Source: Octopus vulgaris (lineage: Eukaryota). From it: a stretch of 64,000 nt of DNA. The position numbers were made by a program, and so were the translations under genes. The notes under the pieces are model-generated. The model saw nothing but the letters and a program-made list of their open reading frames with translations, did no database searches and was not told the DNA's origin. Location of the stretch: positions 98,580,001-98,644,000 of the forward strand of contig OX597817.1 in NCBI GenBank assembly GCA_951406725.2, read 5' to 3'. How positions within the stretch are numbered: position 1 is the first letter of the stretch; each line of letters begins with the position of its first letter. Below are positions 11,781 through 25,254 of this stretch, piece after piece.

Positions 11781-13719
11781 TATTATTAGGTATCACTTTG
11801 AATTTTTTTTAATATTTAAATGTAATTTCTACTGTACTTTTTCATAGAGAGCATCCAAAAACAGACATTTTCATGCCTTATTTGTGAAATTTGGATGAAT
11901 ATTTTAGGAAATATGACAGCTTGAATGGTCAACAAATTTGTTAAAATTTTGTCTAATTTGCCTAAATGAATAAGTAGCCATATTTGGGGTGTCATGTATT
12001 TTAAAGTGAGATGATAATCATCTTCAAATTATTCAAATTAATAGTGACCATGGTACAGTATTGCTTATTTTTTTCAGGTACAGAAAACTTTTTTTTTGCA
12101 ATTAAATTTGGGACATGTCACCATTTCAATAAAATTTGAATGGACTATTAAAAATGGCTTGGATCAAGACACCCACATAAGTTGGATTTTCTCCATTTTC
12201 ACAGGGATTTTTCCTATTTTTTGTCATCACTAGCTTGGAAATGATGGCAGGGAACTTTTTATGAAAAAAAATTTACAAAGATTTGTGATTTTTACTCACT
12301 TCTCTACATCTCTGTTACTAGGATGTTGAGGGATGTGCTAGAAACAGCAGCTAAATCTCCCTTAAATCACACCTTTTTGTCTCAAAATATTTTCATAAAT
12401 TTTTTTCCTACCATGAAGGCTTCTCCCATTGTTTTTAAGTGCCAAGTAGAAAAAAAATTAGCCAGAATTGGTCCCGAGGGTGAGGTGGGAGTAAAATAAA
12501 ATTGTAAATGTTTGAAAATGTTGTTTTATAAAAAGCTTCCCCTCTTTATTTTCAAGGCTGGTGTGAAAAAAAATTAGAAAAATCTCTCTCAGAATAGAGA
12601 AAATTCAATTTATGAGTGTCCTGATCCCAAAACTCAACCCTACAAATAATTAAATGAAATTGCAGCTGTCGCAAGCATTTCATTGTATATTCAAACATGG
12701 TAATATTGCAATCTGTTATCTGTAGGGGTCTCAGTTTAATACTCTGGTACATGGTATAAAACTGAATTGACTCTAAGTTTGAAGCTTTACAATAAATTTA
12801 ATAAGTATCTTTGGAGATCTCTGTGAAAGGGGTGATGCACACTGTTTGACCAAGCAAAAACCCATTTTTGGTACATCATTTTCATGACAAAACACCTATT
12901 TTCCTTGGAAAATTATATATCATTTGAAAGTTGATGTGAACTTTGTTCTCATATAGTTTTAATCAAAATCTAACACCTACCTAAGATGCCATGATCCCAC
13001 AAACACCCTGGTATTTCCTTCCATTCACAAAGTTTATCCCATATTTTTTGACTGCTGAATGGTAGTCCTCAGTCTAGATCAATGCGCTTGAATGCTATGA
13101 CTCTCATACAGATGAATGTTTTAGCTTTATTTTGATATAAAACTTAATAGATAATTGTTATGAAATATAAAAGTGAAAATTTTACCATTAATTTTCTCTT
13201 AGAAAAAAACATAATTTCTTCAAGATATTTTTTCATACCATAAAGAAAAATTTCTTGCTAATTCATTATGGTCATTGCCAAATATGGCCATCATTCAGTT
13301 CATATGCCTGCCATTTGTAAATGGTAATATCTGAAAATTTATTACTTGCGTTAACATTAAAAACACCTAGAAGTTACAGCAAATTTTTTAGTAGGAGGGA
13401 GAGTGAGAAAAAAAAAATGAATCAGCACTCATTTGTAAATATTTAAACATTATTAAAAAACATCACACTGAACTTTAATAGCCTACAAAATAATATTTAT
13501 CGCACAATATAATTTTAATTAATGAAAATAGACCAATATTTCTCTAAAACAAATGAAATTCACTTGAACAAGAATATGCATGAGGCAAAATTCATATGAT
13601 GCTTGGCATACAGTGAGAGGAAATAAACAACATAATAAACATGATTACACGCTTAATTTTGGATTCTAGAAGCCCTATTTAACTAAATTTAGAGCATATT
13701 CTTGTAGAAATATGTTTAC

Positions 13720-13782
13720 TTAACAATTAATTTGTCCATTCCTTGAAATTCTGGATCAAAATCTGTATCTGAAGCCTTGAAA
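13720..13782 (-). CDS. Candidate 63-bp coding exon (FKASDTDFDPEFQGMDKLIV), linkage to the upstream exons unresolved
   Basis: acag| acceptor, |gtaaac donor, open symmetric phase-2 frame, in non-repetitive sequence. Confidence 0.4.
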
Positions 13783-14417
13783 CTGTCTTGAATATGTGTT
13801 AATCATATATAAAAAGTACTAGTATACCACCCTCTCTTTTAACTCTGTACTTTGTTTCCACACTGTGACTAGATTTGGCAATGATCATAAATGATCATAA
13901 TAATTAGAAAGAAATTTTTCTTTCTTATGGTATAAAAATCTTGTAGAAATTGTTTTTTCTAAGTAAAAACTGATGATAAAATTTTCGGGTTTATATTTTG
14001 TATTGATTACCTGACCTACCCTCATTGAGTTTTATATCAAAATAAAGCTAAAACATTCATCTACATCAAGGTATGATCTTCAACACAACTTGAGTTATAG
14101 CACTTGAGAGCATTGAACTAGAATGAGACCTACTGTTCGGCAGTCAAAAACAAAAAAAAAAATGAGACAAACTTTTGTAAATGTGTGGGAATACCAGGGT
14201 GTCTGAGGGATCCTGACATAATATGTAACTGTCAGATTTTAATTAACACTATATGAAAAGTAAGTTTACATCCAAAGCTTTCAAATGATATATAATTTTC
14301 CATGGAAAATTTTATTTTGACCTGAAAATATAAACCAGAAAATGTGTTTTTTGTGTTCAAACTGTGCTTGTCTTCATTGTACAGCTCTCTATAGTAATAT
14401 ATCTCACTCTGTCTGTA

Positions 14418-14462
<45 letters not shown>

Positions 14463-14465
<3 letters not shown>

Positions 14466-16470
14466 TCATCATCATCATCATCATCGTTTAACGTCCGCTT
14501 TCCAAGCTAGCATGGGTTGGACGGTTCAACTGGGGTCTGGGAAGCCCGAAGGCTGCACCAGGCCAGTCAGATCTGGCAGTGTTTCTACAGCTGGATGTCC
14601 TTCCTAACGCCAACCAATCCGTGAATGTAGTGGGTGCTTTTTATGTGCCACCGACACAGGTGCCAGACGAGGCTGGCGAACGGCCAGCCACGCTCAGATG
14701 GTGTTTTTTATGTGCCACGGACACAGGTGCCAGATGAGGCTGGTGAACAGCCACGCTCAGATGGTGTTTTTTTTTTTTTATGTGCCACGGACACAGGTGG
14801 CAGACGAGGCTGGCGAACGGCCACGCTCGGATGATGTTTTTTACGTGCCACCAGCATGGAGGCCAGACGATGCGGTACTGGCTATGGCCACATTCGGATG
14901 GTTTTCTTATGTGCCACCGGCACTGGTACCACAAAACTACAAATTCCATTGATGTTCATCGATTTTGATTTGATTTGATTTGATTTTCACTTGCCTCAAC
15001 AGGTCTTCACAAGTAGAGTTATGTGTCCCAAGAAGGAAGGTATGCACAGGTGAACTGACTACGTCCCAGGTAGGGGCCATGGGTTATGGCCTCATGTGTC
15101 CTGCCGGGTCTTCTCGCGCACAGCATACTTCCAAAGGTCTCGGTCTCTGGTCATTTCCTCGGTGAGACCTAAAGCACAAAGGTCGTTCTTCACCACCTCG
15201 TCCCAGGTTTTCCTGGGTCTACCTCTTCCACAGGTTCCCTCAACAGCTAGGGTGTGGCACTTTTTCACACAACTATCTTCATCCATTCTTACTATGTGTC
15301 CATACCAGCGTAGACGCCTCTCTTGCACACCACATCTGATGCTTCTTAGGTCCAACTTTTCTCTCAAGGCACTTACACTCTGTCGGGTATGAACACTGAC
15401 ATTACACATCTAACGGAGCATACTGGCTTCATTTCTTGCGAGCTTACGCATATCCTCAGCAGTCACGGCCAATGTTTCACTGCCATGTAGCATGGCTGTT
15501 CGCACACATGCGTCATACAGTCTGCCTTTTACTCTGAGCGAGTGGCCTTTTGTCACCAGCAGAGGTAAGAGCTCTCTGAACTTTGCCCAGGCTATTCTTA
15601 CTCTAGCAGTTACACCTTCGGCACACCCAGCCCCGCTACTGACTTGGTCACCTAGGTAACGGAAGCTATCAACTATTTCAAGTTTTTCTCCCTGGAATGT
15701 GGCGGAAGATGGTCTCTGCGCACTTTCAGTCTTTATTGAACCAGAGCATCTGCCACATACAAAAACTATCTTCCTAGTTAGCCTTCCTTTGACATTGCTG
15801 CACCTCTTATGTGTCCATAGCTTACACTTCGTGCATCTTATAGAGTTTCTACCTACGCCTTTTCTACAGATCGAGCAGGGCCATCTACCTGAAGGCGTTT
15901 GAGATTTGTCTACCTTCCTACTTATTAGGACTTTGGTTTTAGCTAGATTGACTCTAAGGCCCTTTGATTCTAATCCTTGCTTCCACGCCTGAAACTTCTC
16001 CTCGAGTTCTTATAGTGACTCAGCAATTAGAGCAAGGTCATCAGCATAGAGGAGCTCCCAGGGGCATCCTGTCTTGAATTCCTCCGTTATTGCCTGGAGG
16101 ACTATGATAAATAGGAGGGGGCTGAGGACTGAGCCTTGGTGGACCCCAACCTCCACCCGGAATTCTTCACTGTACTCGTTGCCAACCCTCACCTTACTAA
16201 CAGCGTCCCTGTACATGGCACGCACAGCTTTCACTAACCATTCATCTATCCCTAGTTTCCTCATTGACCACCAGATAAGGGATCAGGGGACTCTGTCAAA
16301 GGCTTTCTCCAAGTCAACGAAAGCCAGGTGCAGAGTTTTATCTTTGGCTAGGTATTTCTCCTGCAGCTGTCTCACCAGAAATATGGCATCAGTGGTGCTT
16401 TTCCCTGGCATGAAACTAAACTGCATCTCGTCTAGGTTGACTCTCTTTCTAATCAGTTGGGCTATGACTG
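14463..16470 (-). mobile_element. 5'-truncated RTE-clade LINE: RT, PHD finger, C-terminus, repeat-rich 3' UTR, (TGA)n tail
   Basis: FVDLEKAFDRVP, GVHQGSVLSPLLF, LLYADDL, RLRWYGH, GRGRPRKTW; 3' UTR tandem units containing tgtgccac; (cat)n at 14463-14485. Confidence 0.95.
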
Positions 16471-16494
16471 TAACCTTCAATATTCAAATTTGGT

Positions 16495-17636
16495 ATATAT
16501 ATATAATATATAAATGGCAATTTCTGTCTCTCTGTTACCATCTTAGTGCTTAAACCAATATTCATGAAACTTTGCATAATGTTACACTAACATCCAGTTC
16601 AATAATAGGCTAATTGGATTTGAATAAAAATCTATAATGTGCCCCCCCCCCCCCAGGGCGTTGGGTGAATTATATGATAAAATGAGAAGATTGCAAAAAG
16701 TATAAGTCTAAGGAAAAGGTAGTAGCAGAGAGAGGGTGACTTATATTAGTGAAGGTGAGAAGAGTAGTGAAAACTGGATGGTAACATTAATATGGCTGTC
16801 ATATATACGCAACTGCATACATACTTTTGTAAATACATAGATACAACACATACACACAGAAAGGTGGGTGTGAAGAATATGTAACTTTAAGGGACAGGTG
16901 GCTTTTCTGTTGTCCATCGCATAAGACACACATACGTATATATACATACGTACATACATACATGTCTACCATACACCATTTTAAATTCGTGATTACCTGT
17001 GTGTATGTTTTGAAACTATGTGTGTGTGTGTGATATCCTATAACTGTCTGTCTCTCTACTTTTGTTGGGTCATTCCTGTTGCTGTCACATATTGTGAGAT
17101 TTTAAAATTACGTCAAAATATTCAAATTTGGTATACTGAAATAATTTTGCATGTTAAATTCGATTTTGTTATTTATTTGTTCCAGAAAAAGTGCATAAAA
17201 ATGTTATTGAGGTTTAAAGTTTAATCAATTTTATCTAATTAGAAAACAGGATTTGGAAGCTGGTATTTTCTACATGATAGCTGTATGAGAGCTAGCATTT
17301 TCTGCATGATAGCTGTCTATCATGAAACGAAAGGAAAATCATTAAGAGGAAGAATTTTTATCAAACACATGAAAGCAAAGCATTACAATGACCAAAGTTG
17401 AAAGAACTTCTGCAGTTTTAATGAATGTGTCTGTTTGAAACAGTCAAACAGACATAAATAATTCAAAAAGGAAAAAAAAATCCTCAATGAAGTTTTATGG
17501 TGAAACATTGCACAAATCTGTCCTGATCAAGAGGCTCATCTGTCAGGGAAGGCATGCTCTGACATGGAATAAATAAGAGTTGATATAAGATATTCTATTG
17601 TAAAAATTGCCTGGCAATGACAGGCTATTCAACTAG
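16495..17636 (+). mobile_element. Non-autonomous Helitron
   Basis: 5' atataaa...tctgtctctctgt...aaccaat...gaaactt signature; subterminal hairpin gcctg-gcaatga-caggc (17609-17625) then CTAG|T at 17633-17637. The 5' boundary is approximate. Confidence 0.65.
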
Positions 17637-17798
17637 TACATATATAAATTTAAGTCATACTATATGGATTCAACTAATCCAGTGATTCTCATTAAGAAAA
17701 CTCATTAGTGTATCATTCTACAAAACATAGAGAATATATAGAATGTTACAAGAGAAAAACATAAGTTGTGTATAAAGTTATGAATAATGAGAGAGATA

Positions 17799-19057
17799 CG
17801 AGGGGCGTTCAATAAGTAATGCCCCTGACCCACTTGCAGTTGTTTGATCTAGCTGAAATTTTGCATGTGTACTTATTTATACCTCTATAGATTAAGTGGT
17901 GAATTACAGCTCTGAACTAATTGTGGTTTCTGATTTACAGGTGTTTGAACTGAGTCAAGTGTGAAATGGAGCCTGTTGAGTGTCGAGCAGTGATCTGGTT
18001 TTTGTATTTGAAAGGACGCACACCACGGGAGACTTTTGAAAGTAACTTATGGTGATGATGCCCCATCATATGACCTTGTAAAACGCTGGCATTGTGAATT
18101 CAAACATAGTCGGAACTCTGTGGAAACAGCTCCCAGATCTGGTCGCCCCCTTCTGCCGTTGAGACGTCTGTCCGTCAAGTTGAGGCTGCCATTTTGGAAG
18201 GTCAACACATAACTATTCGCCAAATAGCCCATAAGGTCAAGATTAGTACCGGGTCTGTGGAAACTATCATTCATGACCATTTGCATATGCAAAAGGTGTC
18301 TGCCAGATGGATTTCCAGGTTGCTCACACCTTTCCAGAAGCAAGAACGAGTTGAGTGCTCGGGGATGAATTTGGAGATGTGCCAAGAAGATGAGTCAAAA
18401 TTTTTCAAAAGACTGATCACACAGGATAAAACCTGGGTCCATCACTATGATCCATAGACCAAAGCCCAGTCAATGCAGTGAAAGCACCGTGACTCACCTC
18501 CTCCAAAGAAGGCAAGGGTGCAGCCCTCCACTGACAAGGTTATGCTCACAGTCTTCTGGGACCAGGACGGAGTAGTGATGACAGATTTCCTGGCAAAGGG
18601 TACCACAATTACAGGAGCCTATTATGCTTCACTTTTGAGGAAATTAAGAGAAGCTATCAAAATCAAGAGGCGGGGCAAGATCAGCAAAGGCATCCTCCTC
18701 CTGCAGGACAACGCTCCGGTCCACAACTCGCGTGTCGCCAGATCAGAAGCACAGGCGTGCAGCTATGAACTCCTCCCCTTGCACCCTCTGATTTTCACCT
18801 CTTCCCAGCCATGAAGTTGATTTTGAAAGGAAAGCGTTTCCCAGATGATGCAGCCTTGATTTCTGAAGTCACGTCGTGGTTGGAGGACCAAGCTGGGGTC
18901 TTCTACAAAAACGGTCTCCAGAGCTGTATCAAATGATGGGAGAAATGCATAACTCTGGGTAGTTCCTATGTAGGAAAAGACTAATAACTGTGCCAAGTGT
19001 TGTTGCTCTACTGCTATGGGAAGTGGGTCAGGGGCATTACTTATTGAACGCCCTGCG
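17799..19057 (+). mobile_element. Near full-length mariner (Tc1/mariner) with a decayed transposase
   Basis: TA TSDs; about 36-bp TIRs cgaggggcgttcaataagtaatgcccctgacccact / agtgggtcaggggcattacttattgaacgccctgcg; motifs SARWI, ITQDKTWVHHYD, LLQDNAPVH. Frameshifts and stops; YSPDLAP region damaged. Confidence 0.95.
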
Positions 19058-19599
19058 TATAGTATGATAGAATATATTTAATCATTGGAAAATTTAATTA
19101 ACAACAATTGTTTTGCAGTTTAATAAAACATCTATAGATAATTTATCTTATTATAGAATATAATGAGTAATAAGTTACTTACAAGCCTATATTAATATAA
19201 ACAATCTTTAAATTAATGTAGATAATAAGCTAGCTCTTCAGGTTAAAAGAAATACATATTAAAAAATAATCCCTTGACATAATATTTCAAGAACACAAAG
19301 TCAATATTTAAAATAAAGAACCTTAAAAAATATAGAAGACAATAAGAATAAAATTAATAGAAATTAATAAGACAGTTTTCTAAGGAAAGGAAGAAAAATG
19401 TAGTAAGATATTAAAAAAGTAACTAGTACAAAATTTTGGTACAACAAAAGGAAAATCATATATTTATCATTAATAACCAAGAAAATAATAGATTATAAAG
19501 ACTGAAAAAATAATGAAGTGAATCTAAATAAAAGTTCTTACAGACAATATTTATGAGATATAAGGATTGATATCAAGAAAAATATGAACAATATTAAAT

Positions 19600-22240
19600 T
19601 GTTTAACGTCTGCTTTCCATGCTAGCATGGGTTGGACAATTTGACTGAGGTCTGGTGAACCAGATGGCTGCACTAGACTCCAATCTGATCTGGAAGTTTC
19701 TATAGCTGGATGCCCTTCCTAATGCCAACCACTCCAAGAGTGTAGAGGGTGCTTTTACGTACCAGTTTGGTGGTACTGGTAATGGCCACGCTCAAATGGT
19801 GCTTTTTAAGTGCCACCTGCACGGGAGCCAGTCCAGCGGCACTGGTAACGAGCTCGCTCGAATGTTTTTTCATATGCCACCAGCACAAGTGCTAGTAAGG
19901 CAACGCAGGTAACGATCACACTTGAATGGTGTGCTTAATGTGCCATCGGCACGGAGGCAATGATTTCACATGTATGGTACTCTTAACGCTCCACTAGCAA
20001 CAGATGCCAGTCATCGAATTTGACTTCAATTTCGATTTCACTTGACTCAACAGGTCTTTGCAAGCAGACTTTAGTGTCCAATGAGGGAAAGGCATGCATA
20101 AGTGGACTGGTTACACCCCTGGCATAGGCCACAAGGTTATGGTCTCACTTGCGCTTCCCGAGTCTTCTCAAGCACAGCATAATTCCAAAGGTCCCAGTCA
20201 CTAGTCATTGCCTCGGTGAGGCCCAGTGTTTGAAGGTCATGCTTCACCACCTCATCCCAGGTCTTCCTGGGTCTACCTCTTCCACAGGTTCCCTCAACTG
20301 CTAGGGTGTGGCACTTTTTCACACAACTATCCACATCCATTCTCTCCACATGACCATACCAGCACAGTCGTATCTCTTGCACATCACATCTGGTGCTTCT
20401 TAGGTCCAAACTTTCTCTCAGGGCACTAACACTCTGTCAAGTATGCACACTGATATTACACATCCATCGGAGCATGCTGGCTTCATTCCTTGTGAGCTTA
20501 CGCTTGTCCTCAGCAGTCATGGCCCATGTTTCACTGCCATGTAGCATGGCTGTTCACACAAATGCATCGTACAGTCTACCTTTTACTCTGAGCGAGAGGC
20601 CCTTTGTCACCAGCAAAAGTAAGAGCTCTATGAACTTAACCCAGGCTATTCTTATTCTAGCAGCTACACTTTCAGTGCACCCTCTCCCCGCTACTCACTT
20701 GGTCACGTAGGTAATGGAAGCTATCAACTACTTCTAGTTTTTCTCCCTGGAATGTGGCAGAAGTTGTTCTCTGCACATTTTCAGTGTTATTTATTGCTCC
20801 AGAGCATCTGCCACATACAAAAATGAGCCTCCTAGTTAGCTTTCCTTTGATATTGCTGCACTTCTTATGTGCCCATAGCTTACACTGGGTACATCTTATA
20901 GAGTTTCTACCTATGCCTTTTCTACAGATTGAGCAGGGCCATCTACCTGAAGGGATTTATGGTTTGCCTGCTTTCCTACTTATTAGGACCTTGGTTTTAG
21001 CTAAGTTGACTCTAAGGTCCTTCAATTCTAATCCTTGTTTCCACACTTGAAACTTCTCCTCTAGTTCTGATAGTGACTCAGCAATTAGAGCAAGGTCATC
21101 AGCATAGAGGAGCTCCCAGAGGCATCCTGTCTTGAATTCCTCCGTTATTGCCTGGAGGACTATGATAAATAGGAGGGGGCTGAGGACTGAACCTTGGTGG
21201 ACCCTATCTCTACCCTGAATTCTTCAATGTACTCGTTACCAACCCTAACCTTACTGACAGTGTCCCTGTACATGGCTTGCATGACTCTCACTAACCATTC
21301 ATCTATCCCTAGTTTCCTTATTGACTACCAGATAAGGGATCGGGGGACCCTGTCAAAGCCTTTCTCCATGTCAACGAAAGCCAGGTACAGGGGCTTATCT
21401 TTGGCTAGGTATTTCTCCTGCAGCTGTCTTACCAGAAATATAGCATTAGTGGTGCTTTTCCCTGGCATGAAACCAAACTGCATCTCTCCCTAATTAGTTG
21501 GGCTATGACCCTCTCCATGACCTTCATTACCTGATCCAATAGCTTGATACCTCTGTAATTATTTGTATCTAAAGCTTCACCTATACCTTTGTAGCAGTTG
21601 ACTATTACGCTGCTACACCAGTCATTGAATATGACTCCTTCATGTATCACCTGGTTAGCTATACGGGTGATTAGGCTATAGCCGACACTGCCAGATATTT
21701 TGAGCATCTCTGCAGTGATTCCTGATGGGCCAGGGGCTTCCCCTGTCTTCATACTTTTAATTGCTTTATCTACCAAGGTACTGTCAACTCGGATAGCTGG
21801 CCCCTCTGTTGAGTCAACATTCTGCAGACTCTCTTTCTCCCATTCATTTTCTTTATTGAGCAACCTTTCATAGTCTTGCAACCAACATCATAGCAACCAA
21901 CATCTGTCTTGCAAAACTGTCTTGCAACATGAAATACCTCAATTCTTTGGTCCTCACAGTGCAGAACATTGGCAAATTTTGTCTTATCTGCTTCCCCTCT
22001 AGCTAAATAAACCTGTCTCCTAGCTTCCCTTCTGGCAGTCTGATACAATTCCCTGCTACCACCGTCCTTCCAGTCCTGTTTCTTTTCTCTAATAGCCCTG
22101 TCAACAACATTGTTCCTCCACCACGTTACTTTGGGTCGAGAGGGGACTTTGCACCATCCGCAGATCTGGTCAGTGGCTCTCAGCATGTTGTCCCGTAAAA
22201 ACCTCCAGTTGTCTTCTACACCATGTGAAGCTATATCCCC
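19600..22240 (-). mobile_element. 5'-truncated RTE LINE (linker, RT, PHD, 3' UTR), degenerate
   Basis: TWWRN, GEAPGPSG, NYRGIKLL, LLYADD region, GRGRPRKTW; same 3' UTR as the other copies. Confidence 0.93.
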
Positions 22241-22493
22241 TTATAAGGTAAATACATACAATGATAATATTGGTATGCATTCATTGAAATAGCGTCTGAG
22301 AATATGTAATTACTGTTACCATACAGCTAGATATATTAAAAAATTTTACACATAAGTGTCCTATAAACATTGTTAATATCTATATAAGTTCAAAATTTGA
22401 ATTACCGTTATACTGAAGGTGGTCGAATTGACTATATAAAGAGTTAAATATTACTATCAGGAGTATAAAATAATAAAGATAAGGCAACACATA

Positions 22494-22664
22494 GGTGCAG
22501 GAGTGGCTGTGTGGTAAGTAGCTTGCTAACCAACCACATGGTTCCGGGTTCAGTCCCACTGCGTGGAATCTTGGGCAAGTGTCTTCTGCTATAGCCCCGG
22601 GCTGACCAATGCCTTGTGAGTGGATTTGGTAGACGGAAACTGAAAGAAGCCTGTCGTATATATG

Positions 22665-22701
<37 letters not shown>

Positions 22702-22904
22702 TTGTGTGTCTGTGTTTGTCCCCCTAGCATTGCTTGACGACCGATGCTGGTGTGTTTACATCCCCGTCACTTAGCGGTTCAGTAAAAGAGACTGATAGAA
22801 TAAGTACTGGGCTTACAAAGAATAAGTCCCGAGGTCGATTTGCTCAACTAAAGGCGGTGCTCCAGCATGGCCGCAGTCAAATGACTGAAACAAGTAAAAG
22901 AGTA
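22494..22904 (+). mobile_element. Full-length tRNA-derived SINE with an internal (TA)(TG) microsatellite
   Basis: A-box-like tggctgtgtggta, B-box-like ggttcagtccc, cttgggcaagtg body; further copies at 5470-6500 and 51051-51450. Confidence 0.9.
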
Positions 22905-23085
22905 TGCACACACACACACACACACACACATATACTTTTTTATTAAACATTTTTCCCCTGTTCGTTGGGCAGTTGTGATCAAGAATCTTTAATAAAAGCA
23001 TATTACTCAACTTTTGGTATTCTAGTACTATTTTTTCCACCATGTTTTGCATTTATGTGCTTGCTTATGTGTGTATGTGTGCATG

Positions 23086-23141
<56 letters not shown>

Positions 23142-23204
23142 TGCACATACATAAGATCATATATAAATATGTATGTATAAATATATACATACACCTTATA
23201 CCAA

Positions 23205-24380
23205 CAACTAGAAGTAGTTGATAGCTTCTGTTGTCTAGGTGACCAAGTGAGTAGCGGGAGAGGGTGCACTGAAAGTGTAGCTGCTAGAATAAGAATAGCC
23301 TGGGCTAAGTTCAGAGAGCTCTTACCTCTGCTGGTGACAAAGGGCCTCTCGCTCAGAGTAAAAGGTAGACTGTACGATGCATGTGTATGAACAGCCATGC
23401 TACATGGCAGTGAAACATGGGCCGTGACTGCTGAGGACAAACGTAAGCTCACAAGGAATGAAGCCAGCATGCTCCGATGGATGTGTAATATCAGTGTGCA
23501 TACTTGACAGAGTGTTAGTGCCCTGAGAGAAAGGTTGGACCTAAGAAGCATCAGATGTGGTGTGCAAGAGAGACGATTGCGCTGGTATGGTCATGTGGAG
23601 AGAATGGATGTGGATAGTTGTGTGAAACAGTGCCACACCCTAGCAGTTGAGGGAACCTGTGGAAGAGGTAGACCCAGGAAGACATGGGATGAGGTGGTGA
23701 AGCATGACCTTCAAACATTGGGCCTCACCGAGGCAATGACTAGTGACCGGGACCTCTGGAAATATGCTGTGCTGCAGAAGACACAACAAGCGTAAGTGTG
23801 ACCATAACCTTGTGGCCTATGCAAGGGGTGTAACCAGTCCACTTGTGCATGCCTTTTCTTCATTGGACACTAAACTCTGCTTGCAAAGACCAGTTGAGCC
23901 AAGTGAAATTGAAGTCGAAATCAAATTCAGTGACTGGCATCTGTTGCTAGTGGAGTGCTAAGAGTACCATACGAATGAGATCGTTGCCAGAGCAACAAGC
24001 TGGCCTCCGTGCCAATGGCACGTTAAGCATACCATTCAAGTGTGATCGTTATCGCATCACCTTACCAGCACTTGTGCAGGTGGCATGTGAAATATTCAGG
24101 CGAGGTGATCGCCAGTGCCACTGGACTGGCTCCTGTGCAGGTGGCATGTAAAAAGCACCATTTGGGCGTGGCCGTTGCCAGTACCACCAAACTGGACCTC
24201 GTGCCGGTGGCACGTAAAAGCACCCACTACACTCTCAGAGTGGTTGGCGTTAGGAAGGGCATCCAGCTGTAGAAACTCTGCCAGATCAGATTGGAGTCTG
24301 GTTCGCCAGACCTCAGTCAAATCGTCCAACCCATTCTAGCATGGAAAGCGGACATTAAATGATGATGATGATGATGATGA
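23205..24380 (+). mobile_element. 5'-truncated RTE LINE (C-terminus + 3' UTR + (TGA)n)
   Basis: Highly similar reverse complement of 19600-20735; RLRWYGH, GRGRPRKTW; gatgatgat tail. Confidence 0.93.
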
Positions 24381-24986
24381 TATCAGTGAAATCATCTGTA
24401 CGCACACATATATAGACACATCAGACATATGTCCACAAACATACAAGCATAAGAATGCATATATATATATATATATATATACAAAATTTGTAATTCTTTA
24501 ATTCTTAGAATAACTTTCAAAACTTGTAATTCTTTAAACCTTTGCAATATTCTCTCCCTGTTTCATAAGCCATGTGTTTCCATACTTTGCCATGACTTCC
24601 TCAGCGATTTCTCCCACTCTCTCTAAAATTTGTAAACTTTCTTGCCTTGTTTTATAACTTCTGTCTTACTCATACTTGCCATGTTTCTCCCAGTGGTAAA
24701 ATCTTTCAAGTCTCTCTTCCTTTCTCTCTCTCTCTCTCTCTGCCTCACTAATGTCTTCTTATTGCTATTTCCTGAGGTAAAGCTGGTCATTGCTTGTCCA
24801 CGATGCAGTCACCCATTCCTGCCCCCACCACCTATACTAGAAATCTCTTCTCTTATACTGGAAACCCCTACAGGTCTCTGCCTCACTTCTGTACCAGAAG
24901 ACCCCAAAACCATCACCAGCAATCCTCCACACTACTGCATGTGCCAAATGGAGATGTGTTACTTAGTAAATTAACAAACCACCTAC

Positions 24987-25033
24987 CTCTTTTTTTTCTA
25001 AATATAATGGATTAGCCAATAGCAGCTCATCTT
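24987..25033 (-). CDS. Candidate 47-bp exon (DELLLANPLYLEKKE), phase-compatible with exon 35531-35697
   Basis: ttaag| acceptor, gag|gtaggt donor, phase 1->0. The acceptor is weak and the exon is close to LINE-derived sequence. Confidence 0.35.
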
Positions 25034-25254
25034 CTTAATTTAAATATTGACCTATTTATGCTTACAGCAATAACACTTATACTTACAATGCTTATATTAC
25101 ACTCACCCCCAATAGGGGCAACAATTTTAACATTTTTGAATGATGGTAGGTTAAAGTGAGAACTGATGTCTTTTATCAAATGATCATTGAAACCTTCTTT
25201 TCAGGTGCCGGATACCATCTCTCCTTCCCATGTTACCTCCCATTTCTCTTTCCT

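Noticed and set aside
14271-14321. Candidate exon VKIKFSMENYISFESFG with a strong acceptor
   Set aside because: The atatatcatttgaaag motif recurs at about 12915 and looks like a DNA-transposon subterminal sequence.
14630-14930. CRISPR-like repeat/spacer appearance
   Set aside because: The spacers are homologous to each other, the array is an RTE 3' UTR, the context is eukaryotic and there are no cas genes.
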